A stretch of DNA of 64,000 nt from Octopus sinensis (GCF_006345805.1 NC_043021.1:4154001-4218000), one strand, 5' to 3'; shown: positions 26,657 through 38,705, counted from the stretch's first letter. Notes: generated from the letters alone by a model not told the origin. Made by a program: numbers and translations.

Positions 26657-26907
26657 AAAATAATTTTATAAAAAATATTTCAGTACCGGTTTCGGTTATT
26701 GAGACTTTTTCAACTGTAAGTTGGAAAACAAATTTTGGAAAGGCAGAGACAAAGAAAATACCCCTTGTATATTTGAATATTATGCAAATATTCTTTTAAA
26801 AAACTTTTCATTTAATTTTTCCAAAATTTAATTGTCTTTCATACTTACAGTTGAAAAAGTCTCAATGACCAAAACTGGTACTGAAATGTTTTTTATAAAA
26901 TTATTTT
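26657..26907. mobile_element. Inverted-repeat element with a UUGAAAA-core hammerhead in each 65-bp arm
   Basis: Arms 26657-26721 and 26843-26907. Composite ACAG TTGAAAA AGTC-TCAAT-GACC GAAA CCGG TA CTG, with palindromic helix III ACCGGT. Confidence 0.6.
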
Positions 26908-26984
26908 CCATATATATATCAACTCGTGTGTTCCTTTTCAACCTTCTACATGTCATATATATATATATATATATATATATAGAC

Positions 26985-27295
26985 CATCAAACTTTGGGCC
27001 TCACATAGGCAATGACTGAGACCTCTGGCAATATGCCATGCTTGAGAAGAAAACCCATCAAGCTGAGCAAAATCACAGTCATGGTAGATACCGGTGTCAC
27101 ACAAATGGCACCTGTGCTGGTGGCACATAAAAGCACCCTGTACACTCTCGAAGTGTTTGGCATTAGGAAGGGCATCCAGTTGTAAAAAACTATTCCAAAT
27201 CAGACTCGAGTCTGGTGCAGCCTTCCAGCTTGCCAGCCCTGGTCAAACCATCCAACTCATGTCAGCATGGACAACAGATGTATGATGATGTTATG
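26985..27295 (+). mobile_element. RTE LINE C-terminus plus long 3' UTR (family E). 5'-truncated copies also near 3590, 13290, 14650, 21826, 23703, 35695, 43080, 46566, 52420, 58276, 60750
   Basis: Degenerate QTLGLT.AMT..DLWQYAMLEK runs directly into the UTR with ggcgttaggaagggcatccagctgtagaaa and a (GAT)n tail. The same junction occurs on - at 60750-61105. Confidence 0.65.
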
Positions 27296-27309
27296 TATAT
27301 ATGCATATG

Positions 27310-27680
27310 TATGGCTGTGTGGTAAGTAGCTTGTTTACCAACAACATGGTTCTGGGTTCAGTCCCACTGCATGGTACCCTGGGCAAGTGACTTCTACTAT
27401 AGCCTTGGGCCGACCAAAGCCTTGTGAGTGGATTTGGTAGATGGAAACTGAAAGAAGCCCGTTGTATATGTGTGTGTGTGTCTCTGTGTTTGTCACCCCC
27501 AACATCACTTGACATCCGATGCTGGTGTGTTTACTTCCCTGTAACTTAGCAGTTTGGCAAAAAGGGACAGATAGAATAAGTACTAAGCTTACAAAGAATA
27601 AATCTTGTGGTCGATTTGCTCGACTAAAAGGTAGTGCTCCAGCATGGCCACAGTCAAATGACTGGAACAAGTAAAAGAAT
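27310..27680 (+). mobile_element. SINE-A copy
   Basis: Colinear with 15049-15453. Confidence 0.85.
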
Positions 27681-27905
27681 ACACACACAAACACACACAC
27701 ATATATATATATATGTATATACATATATATTTACATATGTATATACATAGACAAATGTACACACACACACACACATATATATATAATATATATATATATT
27801 TTTTGACCGACCAGGCTATCAGATGTTGCTACACATCGCTGGTCACAATGCGCTTTGCATTGTTTTAGCCTTCAAATGACGCCACTCCACTGGCTAAGTG
27901 CGCAG

Positions 27906-28014
<109 letters not shown>

Positions 28015-28399
28015 TTATATACATACATACATATATAAATATATATACATACACATATATAATTAGAGTGACAGCCAGAAGAAATGAATGAAATCTAGAG
28101 AATGCAACCCAACCGGTTCACTATTATAACACATTACAAATTCAATGTATCAATTTTGCATACTGTAACGGACAAAAATTTCCATTTTTGCTTGAAAGAC
28201 TTCAGCCGAGTAATATGTAGTAAATCCTCTCTTATCAAAAGGCTGCATACAAATAATTGAATGGATACTTGCAGTATGTTGTCAAATAACCATTTTAGTT
28301 TTTTTTTGTTTGGCCTTTAGTTTGTTTTAATGGGTTTTTTTGGGGGGAGTTTTTTTTTTTTTTTTTACTTCTGACATCATACTTTTATAATTGAGAGAA

Positions 28400-29080
28400 T
28401 GATCAACATCAGTATCATCACCATTATCATCATCATCATCAATACCATCACCACTGCTGCTGCTGTCATCATTACCACCAACATCATCGTTGTCGTCAAC
28501 GCTACCACCACTGCCATCATCATTACCACCACTATTGCTGTTGTTATTAGCACCGTTATTGTCATCAACACCACCACCACCATCATAATCATCATTGCCA
28601 CCATCATCATCATTACCATCACCACCATCATCATCATTACCACCATCATCATCATTACCATCACCACCATCATCATCATCACCACCATCACCATCACCAC
28701 CATCACCATCACCACCATCATCATCATTACCATCACCACTATCATCATCATCACCACCATCATCATTACCATCACCACCATCATCATCATTACCATCACC
28801 ACCATCATCATCATTACCATCACCACCATCATCATCATTACCATCATCATCACCATCATCATCATTACCACCATCACCACCATCATCATCATTACTACCA
28901 TCATCATCACCACCATCATCATTACCACCATCATCATCATCATTACCATCACCATCACCATCATCATCATTACCATCACCATCACCACCATCATCGTTAT
29001 TACCATCACCACCATCATCATCATTACCACCACCACCACCATCATCATTATTACCATCACCACCACCACCACCATCATTT
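28400..29080. repeat. Compound (CAT/CAC)n trinucleotide tract
   Basis: About 680 bp of catcat/caccac/attacc. All long ORFs there are homopolymer-like. Confidence 0.95.
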
Positions 29081-29313
29081 GTATTTCTATCCATTATTAA
29101 ACAGCAACACAATGGTATGGTTAGGAACCTCAGAAACAGAAACAAATCAGATTAAATCTTGAGCATATTTATACTCCACCCCTTCTCCCCCAAGGATTCA
29201 AAAAAAAAAAAAAAAAACAACCCGGGGAGGGAGGGATCATAATCTGTCCTGTTATCTGTTCAAATTCAACTTGAACGGTGTGTGGGTTGGGGGAGAGACA
29301 TCAATTGAATTGA

Positions 29314-29368
29314 TTATAGATCTCTCCTGAATCTAGATGACCTTGGAACTAATGAGAATCGGTGAAGG
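29314..29368 (-). CDS. Probable terminal coding exon: (N)LHRFSLVPRSSRFRRDL-stop
   Basis: ttcttcaatttcgttgtttag|CCTTCACCGA...GATCTATAA. The phase-2 frame matches the upstream exon and is the longest open frame. Unique, UTR-like sequence follows leftwards. Confidence 0.55.
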
Positions 29369-29528
29369 CTAAACAACGAAATTGAAGAATCACAATCAGT
29401 GGTTGCGTCTTTCTGTGAGGCCTCTTTTAGCTTTCACTCGTTTTCATTATTGGACGGCTGCCATGCTGGAGCACCACCTTGAGGGATTTAGTCAAACAAA
29501 TCAAATCTACTACTTGTTTTCTAAACCT

Positions 29529-29863
29529 AGGAGTGGCTGTGTGGTAAGTAGCTTGTTTACCAACCACATGGTTCCGGGTTCAGTCCCACTGCGTGGTACC
29601 CTGGGCAAGTGTCTTCTACTATAGCCTCGGGCCGACCAAAGCCTTGTGAGTGGATTTGGTAGGCGGAAACTGAAAGAAGCCCGTTGTATATATATAGGTG
29701 CAGGAGTGGCTGTGTGGTAAGTAGCTTGCTAACAAACCACATGGTTCCGGGTTCAGTCCCACTGCATGGCATCTTGGGCAAGTGTCTTCTACTATAGCCT
29801 CGGGCTGACCAAAGCCTTGTGAGTGGAATTGGTAGATGGAAACTGAATGAAGCTCGTCGTGTA

Positions 29864-29918
<55 letters not shown>

Positions 29919-30000
29919 ATATGTTTCTGTGTTTGTGTTTGTCCCCCCAATATCACTTGACAACCGATGCTGGTGTGTTTATGACCCTGTCACTTAGCGG
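29529..30000 (+). mobile_element. SINE-A with tandemly repeated head
   Basis: Two heads (29529, 29697) followed by a truncated body. Confidence 0.85.
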
Positions 30001-30547
30001 TATATACTCATCCACACCCACTTGAAACACACATATGCTCACCCACACATTCGCCAAAAATATATACATACCCGCATACATGCTCGCACGCACACACACA
30101 CACACACACACACACGTGCACAAGAAGGTTCATACACACGTCTATATATGCACATGCACAAGAAAAAACAGGGGTAGGGGCAAAATACAGAAAAATGTGT
30201 AAAAAAAGTGTAAAAAATAAGCAATAAGAGTAAAACACGTCAATATACGCATGCATGCACACACACACATGCACACAAAAAAAGGTTCATACACACGTCT
30301 ATATACACACATGCACAACAAAAAAAAAAAACCAGGGATAAAGGCAAAATACAGGAAAATGTGTAAGAAAAGTGCAAAAAATAAGATGATCTTTCTGTTT
30401 CTGTCTACCAAATCCACTCACAACACTTTGGTTGACCCAGGGCTATAGTAGAAGACACTTGCCCAGAGTTCCACACAACAGGACTGAAGGTGGAACCATG
30501 TGGTCAGATATTAAACACCCTATCCCACAGTCCTGCTTGTGCCTCTA

Positions 30548-30931
30548 TGGAAGCACTCCGTCGGTTACGACAACGAGGGCTCCGGTTGATCCGAATCAAC
30601 GGAACAGCCTGCTCGTGAAATTAACATGTAAGTGGCTGAGCACTCCACAGACACGTGTACCCTTAACGTAGTTCTCGGGGATATTCAGCGTGACACAGAG
30701 AGTGACAAGGCTGGCCCTTTGAAATACAGGTACAACAGAAACAGGAAGAAAGAGTGAGAGAAAGTTGTGGTGAAAGAGTACAGCAGGGATCACCACCATC
30801 CCCTGCCGGAGCCTCGTGGAGCTTTGGGTGTTTTCGCTCAATAAACACTCACAACGCCCGGTCTGGGAATCGAAACCACGATCCTATGACCGCAAGTCCG
30901 CTGCCCTAACCACTGGGCCATTGCGCCTCCA
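30548..30931 (-). mobile_element. SINE-C (tRNA-like head ggaggcgcaatggcccagtggttaggg...gtttcgattccc)
   Basis: Near-identical copy at 51808-52185, partial copies near 38815 and 60506. Confidence 0.9.
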
Positions 30932-32068
30932 CTGTGCCTATATACATTAGCATACGGATATCAGCAAAATAAGTGAAGCTGTTTTAATATTCAGTTGCAA
31001 TGGATGAAGTTGTCAAGCATCATTCTCATCAGTGTCATCGACTGGACAGACTTTAATCATTTCTACAGTCGCTGCCGTTGCCTTAATTACCATCATTATA
31101 TATCCATCATCATCATCATCATCATCATTATGGATCCTCTTGTCTACGTTTGCACAGGTCAGACGGAATTCATTGAGGCAAAATTTGTTATATGGCTGGA
31201 AGCCTATCCTGTCACCTATTTCCAAATAAGGTAATGTTAATATTTTCCGAAGGCGACAAGCTGGCAGAAGGGTTAGCACATGGGGCATAATGCTTAGCAG
31301 TATTTTGTCTCTCTGTACATTCCGAGTTCAAATTCTTGCAGGGTCAACTTTGCTTTTCATCCTTTTGGGGGCAATAAAGTAAGTACCTATTTCTTTACTA
31401 CCCACAGGGGGCTAAACACAGAGGAGACAAACAAGGACAGAGACATAGGTATTAAGTCGATTACATCGACTCCAGTGCGTAACTGGTACTTAATTTATCG
31501 ACCCCGAAAGGATGAAAGGCAAATTTGACCTCGGCGGAGTTTGAACTCACAACGTAACGACAGACAAAATACCCTAAGCATTTCATCCAGCGCGCTAACG
31601 ATTCTGCCACTAGGGCTGGTCTGTTTAGATCCCTGTAACTTAGGGGGTTTTGCAAAAACAGACTGATAGAATAATAAGTAATAAACTTTAAAAATATAAA
31701 GTACGGGGGTCAGTTTGTTCAACTAAACCTTTCAAGGCAGTGTCCCAGCATGGCTGCAGTCTAATGACTGAAACGAGTAAAAGCTAATATGTACAGTAAT
31801 AATAATAATAATAATAATCCAAGGATAGAATTTCATATATGTCTCAATGCCTCACTACATGCGTTTCCACAGATGATATTGTTTGTGTCTAGAATCCACA
31901 TCCATCGGATGATTACAATATAAATTGTAATATCCATGGATATTATGGTGAGTCATTGTTCATTTTGTCAGGTGATATATATCAGTAACATGAGAAAGGA
32001 GCAAAGCATGTATGAATTTGCTAAAATGAAAATAGGCTCAGTTAGTTTCCCCCCGTACCATTCCTGAC

Positions 32069-32099
<31 letters not shown>

Positions 32100-32100
<1 letters not shown>

Positions 32101-32770
32101 GGTGGTGAGCTAGAAGAATTGTTACAGTGCCAGGCAAAATGCTTAGCAGCATTCCATCTGTCTTTACATTCTGCGTTCAAAAGCCGCCAAGGTGGACTTT
32201 GCCTTTCATCTTTGCAGGGTCGATAAATTAAGTACCAGTGAAACACTGGGGGTCGATGTAGTCAACTAGTCCCCTCCCCCAAAATTTCAGGCCTTGTAAT
32301 TTAAGTAGAAAGGATTATTATTATTATCATTAGGCAGTGAGCTAGCAGAATTGTTAGCATGCCGGGCAAAAAGCTTAGTGGCATGTTGTTTATCATTACG
32401 TTCTGAGTTCAAATGCTACCAAGGTCGACTTTACCTTTCATCCTTTCAAAGTCAATAAAATAAGTACCAGTTGACTACTGGGGTCGATGTAATCAACTAG
32501 TCCCTTCCCATCAAATTTCAGACCTTGTGCCTATAGTAGAAAGGATTATTATTATTATTATCATCATTATTATAGCTAAAGCAGAATCGTTAGCATGCTT
32601 AGGGACATTTCATCTGTCTTCACAACGTGAGTTCAAATTTTACCTAGGTCATCTTTGCCTTTCATCCTTTCAGGGCCGGTGAAATAAGTACCAGTTGATC
32701 CCTGGAGTCAATGTAATCGACTTACACCGCCCTGAAATATACTGGTCTTGTGCTCGCATTTGAAACCATT
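32100..32770 (+). mobile_element. Three head-to-tail SINE-B copies separated by (TTA)n
   Basis: ggcggcgagctggcagaa...ttctgagttcaaat...ctttcatcc...aagtaccag...gatgtaatc repeats three times. Other copies lie near 6300, 10606, 22478, 24795, 31250, 44200, 57700. Confidence 0.85.
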
Positions 32771-32884
32771 ATTGCTTTAGATTTATAATAAAGAAAAGCT
32801 AGATATAGGAATATTGCTATACTTAGGGGTGGTCATATTTTGCCAATTAAATACCTGCACTACATAGTTGGTCTTCACTTCAGC

Positions 32885-32922
<38 letters not shown>

Positions 32923-33378
32923 CTTAGTGTCCTCATCAGTGACTATTTCATGTATCTCCTCTTGTTCTGCTTATTCCATTTTGTCTTTCCGCGTGTGTGT
33001 GTGTGTGTGTGTGTGTGTAAACATAAATAGAGACAGTTTTGTATTTGAATTAGGGATGAAACAAAATAGGTCAAGACAAAATCGTTTATAACTATAAGAG
33101 TAAGGAATTTTAAGGAGTTAAGAACCCCTTCAGTCATGAATGACTAAGGGATTGCACCTACGAATTTCACCTCCCTGGCACAAGTCTGGGCAAGGTTGTT
33201 TGTGGAAGACCAGCAGTCAGTCACCCATGCATACCAGTCACTCCTCTCCACGCCATCAATGTCATCTAAGGGAAAGGCACCAGTGATGTTGCAACTCATT
33301 TCTACAGCTGAGTAGACTGGAGCTACATGAAATGAAGTGTCTTGCTGAAGAACACAACACACAGCCCAGTCTGGGAAT

Positions 33379-33590
33379 TTTGTGCTTGCGTGGTACCGAT
33401 GCTGCACATGCCGCCCATATTGAATTCAGAATGTTCTGAAGTATAGTGTTCACATCTCCAGAGGCATAAAATTCGAGCCAGTTTGGGCGTCGCAGCTCAG
33501 TACAATAAGAGCTCCAGTCTGCTTTATTCCAGTCAAAGCGGGCAGTTTGAAGATGGTTGTAGTTTTTGTTACAACCAATCAGAGGGAACT
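33379..33590 (-). mobile_element. Non-LTR retrotransposon EN-RT linker fragment nested in a SINE-D copy
   Basis: RFDWNKADWSSYCTELRRPNW...DVNTILQNILNSIWAACAASVP. SINE-D sequence lies on both sides (33130-33378 and 33591-33630). Confidence 0.6.
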
Positions 33591-33905
33591 CACTCACAAC
33601 TGTAAGCTCAATGCTCTAACTGAGCCATGCACCTTCCAATTGTAAATGTATATGATACCTCAACAGTATATTAAGGTTATAAGCCATGAATATAGGGAGA
33701 TAATAAGTGTCTGTACAGGGGTCTTAACACCCAAAAACATGTTTCAAATAAAAAGAAATTTACAAAAAGCTACCAAAATGAAACATCTTAAAATCTCAAT
33801 ATTGCATCACGTCTACTGTCAGTTAATTGAGAACTATACACCTTTTTATGAGACATATCATCATCATCATTACTTTGTACTAAGAATGTTTCATCTTCCA
33901 CTCAC

Positions 33906-33965
33906 TTCAAGTCAGTCTTTGGATATGTTTTATCAAAAATCCATCGATCTTTCTTGGAATTTCTT
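33906..33965 (-). CDS. Internal coding exon (phase 2-2): RNSKKDRWIFDKTYPKTDL
   Basis: aaaaatttcag|AAGAAATTCC...GACTTGAA|gtgagt, 60 nt. Only the phase-2 frame is free of stops, exactly the phase left by the microexon. Confidence 0.72.
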
Positions 33966-34308
33966 CTGAAATTTTTAGCACTTCAGAAGTTGTAAAATCT
34001 ATACATTTATCATTTCGCCCTGTAACTATTCAATAGTGGTGAGTTTCATGATTGAAAAATCATGGAAAATTGGAAAATATTCATAACATTTAAAATAGTG
34101 CAGTTTATAAGCAGACATTTGTATAAACAGGCTTAACTCTGCACTGATAACCTATCTTTATCCTGACTGAACAATCTATTTTTAGTTTGACCACATTTTA
34201 TCATGGAGTCTGCAAATTCCTACTCTATTGGGAATTCAACCAAACATCAAGCCTGAAATTCTCAGAAACACATCCTGGACAGTTTAAGCCTTAAATTTCT
34301 AGATGATA

Positions 34309-34720
34309 GGCGCAGGAGTGGCTGTGTGGTAAGTAGCTTGCTTACCTACCACATGGTTCCGGGTTCAGTCCCACTGCGTGGAAACTTGGGCAAGTGTCTT
34401 CTACTATAGCCTCGGGCCGACCAAAGCCTTGTGAGTGGATTTGGTAGACGGAAACTGAAAGAAGCCCGTTGTATATATGTATATATATATATATGTATGT
34501 GTGTGTATATGTTTGTGTGTCAGTGTTTGTCCACCTAGCATTGCTTGACAACCGATGCTGGTGTGTTTACGTCCCCGTCACTTAGCGGTTCGGCAAAAGA
34601 GACCGATAGAATAAGTACTGGGCTTACAAAGAATAAGTTCCGGGGTCGATTTGCTCGACTAAAGGTGGTGCTCCAGCATGGCCGCAGTCAAATGACAAAC
34701 AAGTAAAAGAGTAAAAGAGA
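34309..34720 (+). mobile_element. SINE-A copy
   Basis: Colinear with 15049-15453. Confidence 0.9.
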
Positions 34721-35561
34721 ATGTTAGACTAAGTGAGGACCTAAGTTATATAAAGTTAAATAACCTAAGTTATATAAAGCTTCAAGGCCTCTCCCTTAAA
34801 CTTACAGTAGATCTCACAAAAATTTAAATCATCATCATCATCATTTTGATGTCCGCTTTTCCATGCTTGGATGGGTTGTACAGCGTTTACTGAGGCAGAT
34901 TGTCTGTGGCTGGATGCTCTCCTGTTGCCAACCTTCACCTGTTTCCAAGCAAGGTAGACACACACACCAGTTGTCATGGTGGTGGGGGACAAACTCAAAC
35001 ATACATGTATATATATGATGGGCTTCCATCTACAAAATCCACTTAACAGTTTCCATCTACCAAATCTACACACAAGGCTTTGGTCAGCCTGAGGCCAGAG
35101 TAGAATACACTTGCCATGCATTGGGACTGAACCCTGAACCATCTGGTTGAGAAACAAAGCTTCTTAACACACAGCCATACCTGCACCTATGATAATCTGA
35201 TGCTTTCATATGAAACAACAATAGAGATTAACAAACTAACTACATGGCTGTGTGTTCAACTTTCAACAGTCATTGTTCTTCAGCCTTTAAATTGGGGAAA
35301 TGTTTAAAAACATGAGGATGATAATGTTCAGCAGCTCACCTCCATACCACTGCTATTATCTCACCAACCTATCACCTTTATCTAGCGCTTAGCAACTTGT
35401 ACTGAATATTAACAAGGAAATAATTGAATAAATAAATGCATATGCATTAAAATACATCGGTATTGTTACGGCACAGACAGCGTGGTTAGTGCTTAAAAAC
35501 AGAATTATCAAAGACTGTGGTTATAAGTTACATAACACAGAAGCAGCCTTTTGTATCTCAC

Positions 35562-35584
35562 CGAATTTCCATATCCAAACCACA
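35562..35584 (-). CDS. 23-nt coding microexon (phase 0-2): CGLDMEI-R
   Basis: Long pyrimidine tract ctccttcctttcccatcttttatctgtccgttctag|TGTGGTTTGGATATGGAAATTCG|gtgaga. Its phase bridges the 39795 and 33906 exons. Confidence 0.65.
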
Positions 35585-35980
35585 CTAGAACGGACAGATA
35601 AAAGATGGGAAAGGAAGGAGCCACGGAGAGATAACGAGTGAGTCAATGCATGTATAAAATACATGCTACATCTTTGTTTATCTTTTATATATATCATCAT
35701 CATCATCATCATTTAACATGTTTTCCTTGCTGGTATGGGTTGGATGGTTTGGCAGGAACTGAAAAGGCCAGAATCCACACCAGGTTCCATATTCTGTTTT
35801 GGCTTGGTTCCTACAGCTGGGTGCCTTTCTTAACAATCAACCACTTTACAGTGTACAGAATGCTTTTTACATGGCACCAGCACCAGAGTATTTTACATGG
35901 AACCAGCACTTTTTTAATGTGGCACCAACACTTTTTTATATGGACCAGCACTTTTTTTTACATGGCACTAGCCTTTTTAT

Positions 35981-36490
35981 GTGGCACCAGCACCACTGCT
36001 TTTCATGTGGCACCAGCACCACTGCTTTTCATGTGGCACCAGCACCACTGCTTTTCATGTGGCACCAGCACTATTGCTTTTCATGTGGCACTAGCACAAC
36101 TGCTTTTCATGTGGCACCAGCACTATTGCTTTTCATGTGGCACTAGCACAACTGCTTTTCATGTGGCACCAGCACCACTGCTTTTCATGTGGCACCAGCA
36201 CAACTGCTTTTCATGTGGCACCAGCACCACTGCTTTTCATGTGGCACCAGCACCACTGCTTTTCATGTGGCACCAGCACCACTGCTTTTCATGTGGCACC
36301 AGCACTATTGCTTTTCATGTGGCACCAGCACTATTGCTTTTCATGTGGCACTAGCACAACTGCTTTTCATGTGGCACCAGCACCACTGCTTTTCATGTGG
36401 CACCAGCACTATTGCTTTTCATGTGGCACTAGCACCACTGCTTTTCATGTGGCACCAGCACAACTGCTTTTCATGTGGCACCAGCACTTT
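35981..36490. repeat. 26-bp minisatellite, about 19.5 copies
   Basis: Unit gtggcaccagcaccactgcttttcat with a few recurring variants, inside a family E LINE UTR. Confidence 0.95.
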
Positions 36491-37391
36491 TTACATAGCA
36501 CCAGCAACAATGGTTTTTTTATGCAGCACCAATCAGATGTGGTTATACACCACTGGTCAGAATGTGCATCCTTGCATTGCTATAGCCTTCAAAAGATGCC
36601 ACCCTGCTGGTTAGGTTGGTAATACAACATTCCCTTAGAACAGGATGTCATTCCATCCCAGGGTACCTATTTAAAGCTGAGTGAAATGAAGTGTTTAGCT
36701 TGAAAATGCAATGCACTACCTGTCTGGAAATTGAAACCATGGTCTTGCAATCACGAGTACAACACCTTAATGAGTAAGCAATGTACCTTTATACACACAC
36801 ACACAGACATACACATATATATTTATATTACATACATAGTTGCAAGATGGAAAGATTATATATGTAGTAAAGGATGCATATTTGTTCTGAAATATTTTGT
36901 GTATCTAGCATAGTAGTTATTAACCAAAACTTAGTAAAATTTAACTAAAGACCAACAATTCTAAAATTCAGAAGGCATCACTGTGCACCAAAAATATATT
37001 ATATAGACCAAAACTTTTAAAAAAAAAAAAAAAAGAAAATATTTAATGACAAATTGAGAAACCATGTTGATTTTCCTACAAGCACACTGGATACATTTTC
37101 CTCAGGCCTTTGAGGTTGTTTACCATTTTTGGTAACAGAAACTTCTACGATGTTCCAACTAAAATTTTGATTCTTTTATTTTTATACTTTTACTATTTCA
37201 GTCATTGGACCATGGTCATGCTGGGGCACTGCCTTGAATGGTTTTTAGTCAGTCATAATAACCCCAGTACTTATTTCAGTCTGGTGCATATTTTATTGAT
37301 CCCTATTTGTTGGACTGCTAGATAATGCAACATAAAGGAACACAGTATAAACAAAACAGGTTTTGAGCAGCTGAAAGCTGAAACAGATACA

Positions 37392-37830
37392 TAAGAGAGT
37401 GGGCTAAAAGGTTCATAGGCTGACTATGAAGGAGTTGATATTAGTGATGTGAAATCTTGTATGCATTAATTTCAACATTTCTTATTAATTGCTGCATTGT
37501 TTCTTTCCAGGTAAACTCACACCTCACTCTTCAAAGAAGACTTTAAAAGTACCTAGTGGTGACTTTTCCTGAAAATGGGCAAACTTTAGTATCATGGTGT
37601 TATCAAGCACCCACCTACAGAAAAAGGGTTTAGCCCCCAACGACATTCATATTAACGTTGTTGCTACATTAGGGGATGATGCCCCAGCTTTATCAACAGT
37701 GCAAAAGCGGGCAGCTGAATTTAGGAGGGGAAGACAGAGTCTTGAAGATGACCCACCAAGGAAAACATTGATTATGCTATGCTCATAACATGGTAATGGA
37801 AGACAGGTAACTGACTATCAATCAAATAGT
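37392..37830 (+). mobile_element. Mariner 5' end and N-terminal HTH relic
   Basis: KKGLAPNDIHINVVATLGDDAPALSTVQKRAAEFRRGRQSLEDDP resembles the mariner N-terminus. A TIR-like gagtgggctaaaaggttcataggctgac lies upstream. Confidence 0.75.
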
Positions 37831-37862
37831 CAATGCTGTATATATATATATATATATATATA

Positions 37863-38273
37863 GGCACAGGAGTGGCTGTGTGGTAAGTAGCTTGCTTACC
37901 AACCACATGGTTCCGGGTTCAGTCCCACTGCGTGGCATCTTGGGCAAGTGTCTTCTGCTATAGCCCCGGGCCGACCAATGCCTTGTGAGTGGATTTGGTA
38001 GACGGAAACTGAAAGAAGCCTGTCATATATATGTATATATGTGTGTATGTATGTGTGTGTATATGTTTGTGTGTCTGTGTTTGTCCCCCTAGCATTGCTT
38101 GACAACCAATGCTGGTGTGTTTACGTCCCTGTCACTTAGTGGTTCGGAAAAGATACCGATAGAATAAGTACTGGGCTTACAAAGAATAAGTCCCGGGGTC
38201 GATTTGCTCGACTAAAGGCGGTACTCCAGCATGGCCGCAGTCAAATGACTGAAACAAGTAAAAGAGTAAAAGA

Positions 38274-38275
<2 letters not shown>
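37863..38275 (+). mobile_element. SINE-A copy
   Basis: Colinear with 15049-15453, with (TA)n on both sides. Confidence 0.9.
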
Positions 38276-38306
<31 letters not shown>

Positions 38307-38489
38307 GTAATGTTCTGTGACAGAAAGATCAACAAAAAAAAGTACTCCCTTTTCCCCTTAATATAAAAACTAACATAAGTAAAAGATTCCTATTTCTTCT
38401 AGACAAACACTTTCCAGCAACTCACAGATACAGGAAAACATTTATTAAATTTTCTGTGAAGTTATCATATAGCTACTGCTCCAGTGTGA

Positions 38490-38705
38490 AGAGTATCATT
38501 AGACGTGGTCAATACGTAGAACTTAAATCCACCTGTAACTGTCATGACCCAGGGTCCTGTCCATTTGACCCAAAATGTATGATTAAATCTGTCATCTATG
38601 AGACAGAAGTTATTGCAACACTAAATGATAATACAATAGATAAGAAGGCTTATATTGGATTATGTGAAGGACTATTTGAAAATTGCTATGCCAATCACAT
38701 AGTAC
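38490..38705 (+). pseudogene. Penelope-like element GIY-YIG endonuclease fragment
   Basis: CNCHDPGSCPFDPKCMIKSVIYETEV...KAYIGLCEGLFENCYANH: Cys cluster followed by VIY...YIG and F..xY.NH, the PLE endonuclease pattern. Confidence 0.7.

Noticed and set aside
28327-29155. Long ORFs of 186-272 aa
   Set aside because: Open in four frames on both strands because (CAT/CAC)n lacks stops; products are poly-D/G, M/V, I/T or P/S.
30850-30931. tRNA genes at SINE heads (also 54603, 52105, 15049)
   Set aside because: A/B-box-like motifs are present, but no complete acceptor stem was found and each continues into a multi-copy SINE body.
31893-31947. Plus-strand exon NPHPSDDYNINCNIHGYY with a gtgagt donor
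   Set aside because: The region has a diverged homologue at about 57215-57345 that lacks the splice sites and ends in a simple-repeat tail, so it is more likely a repeat relic.
35240-35290. CTGAAGA...GAAA on minus strand
   Set aside because: Helix II is out of register, and there is no U16.1/helix III or helix I pairing.
35981-36490. CRISPR-like array of 26-bp repeats
   Set aside because: Units are contiguous with no unique spacers, there are no cas genes, and the context is a eukaryotic LINE UTR.
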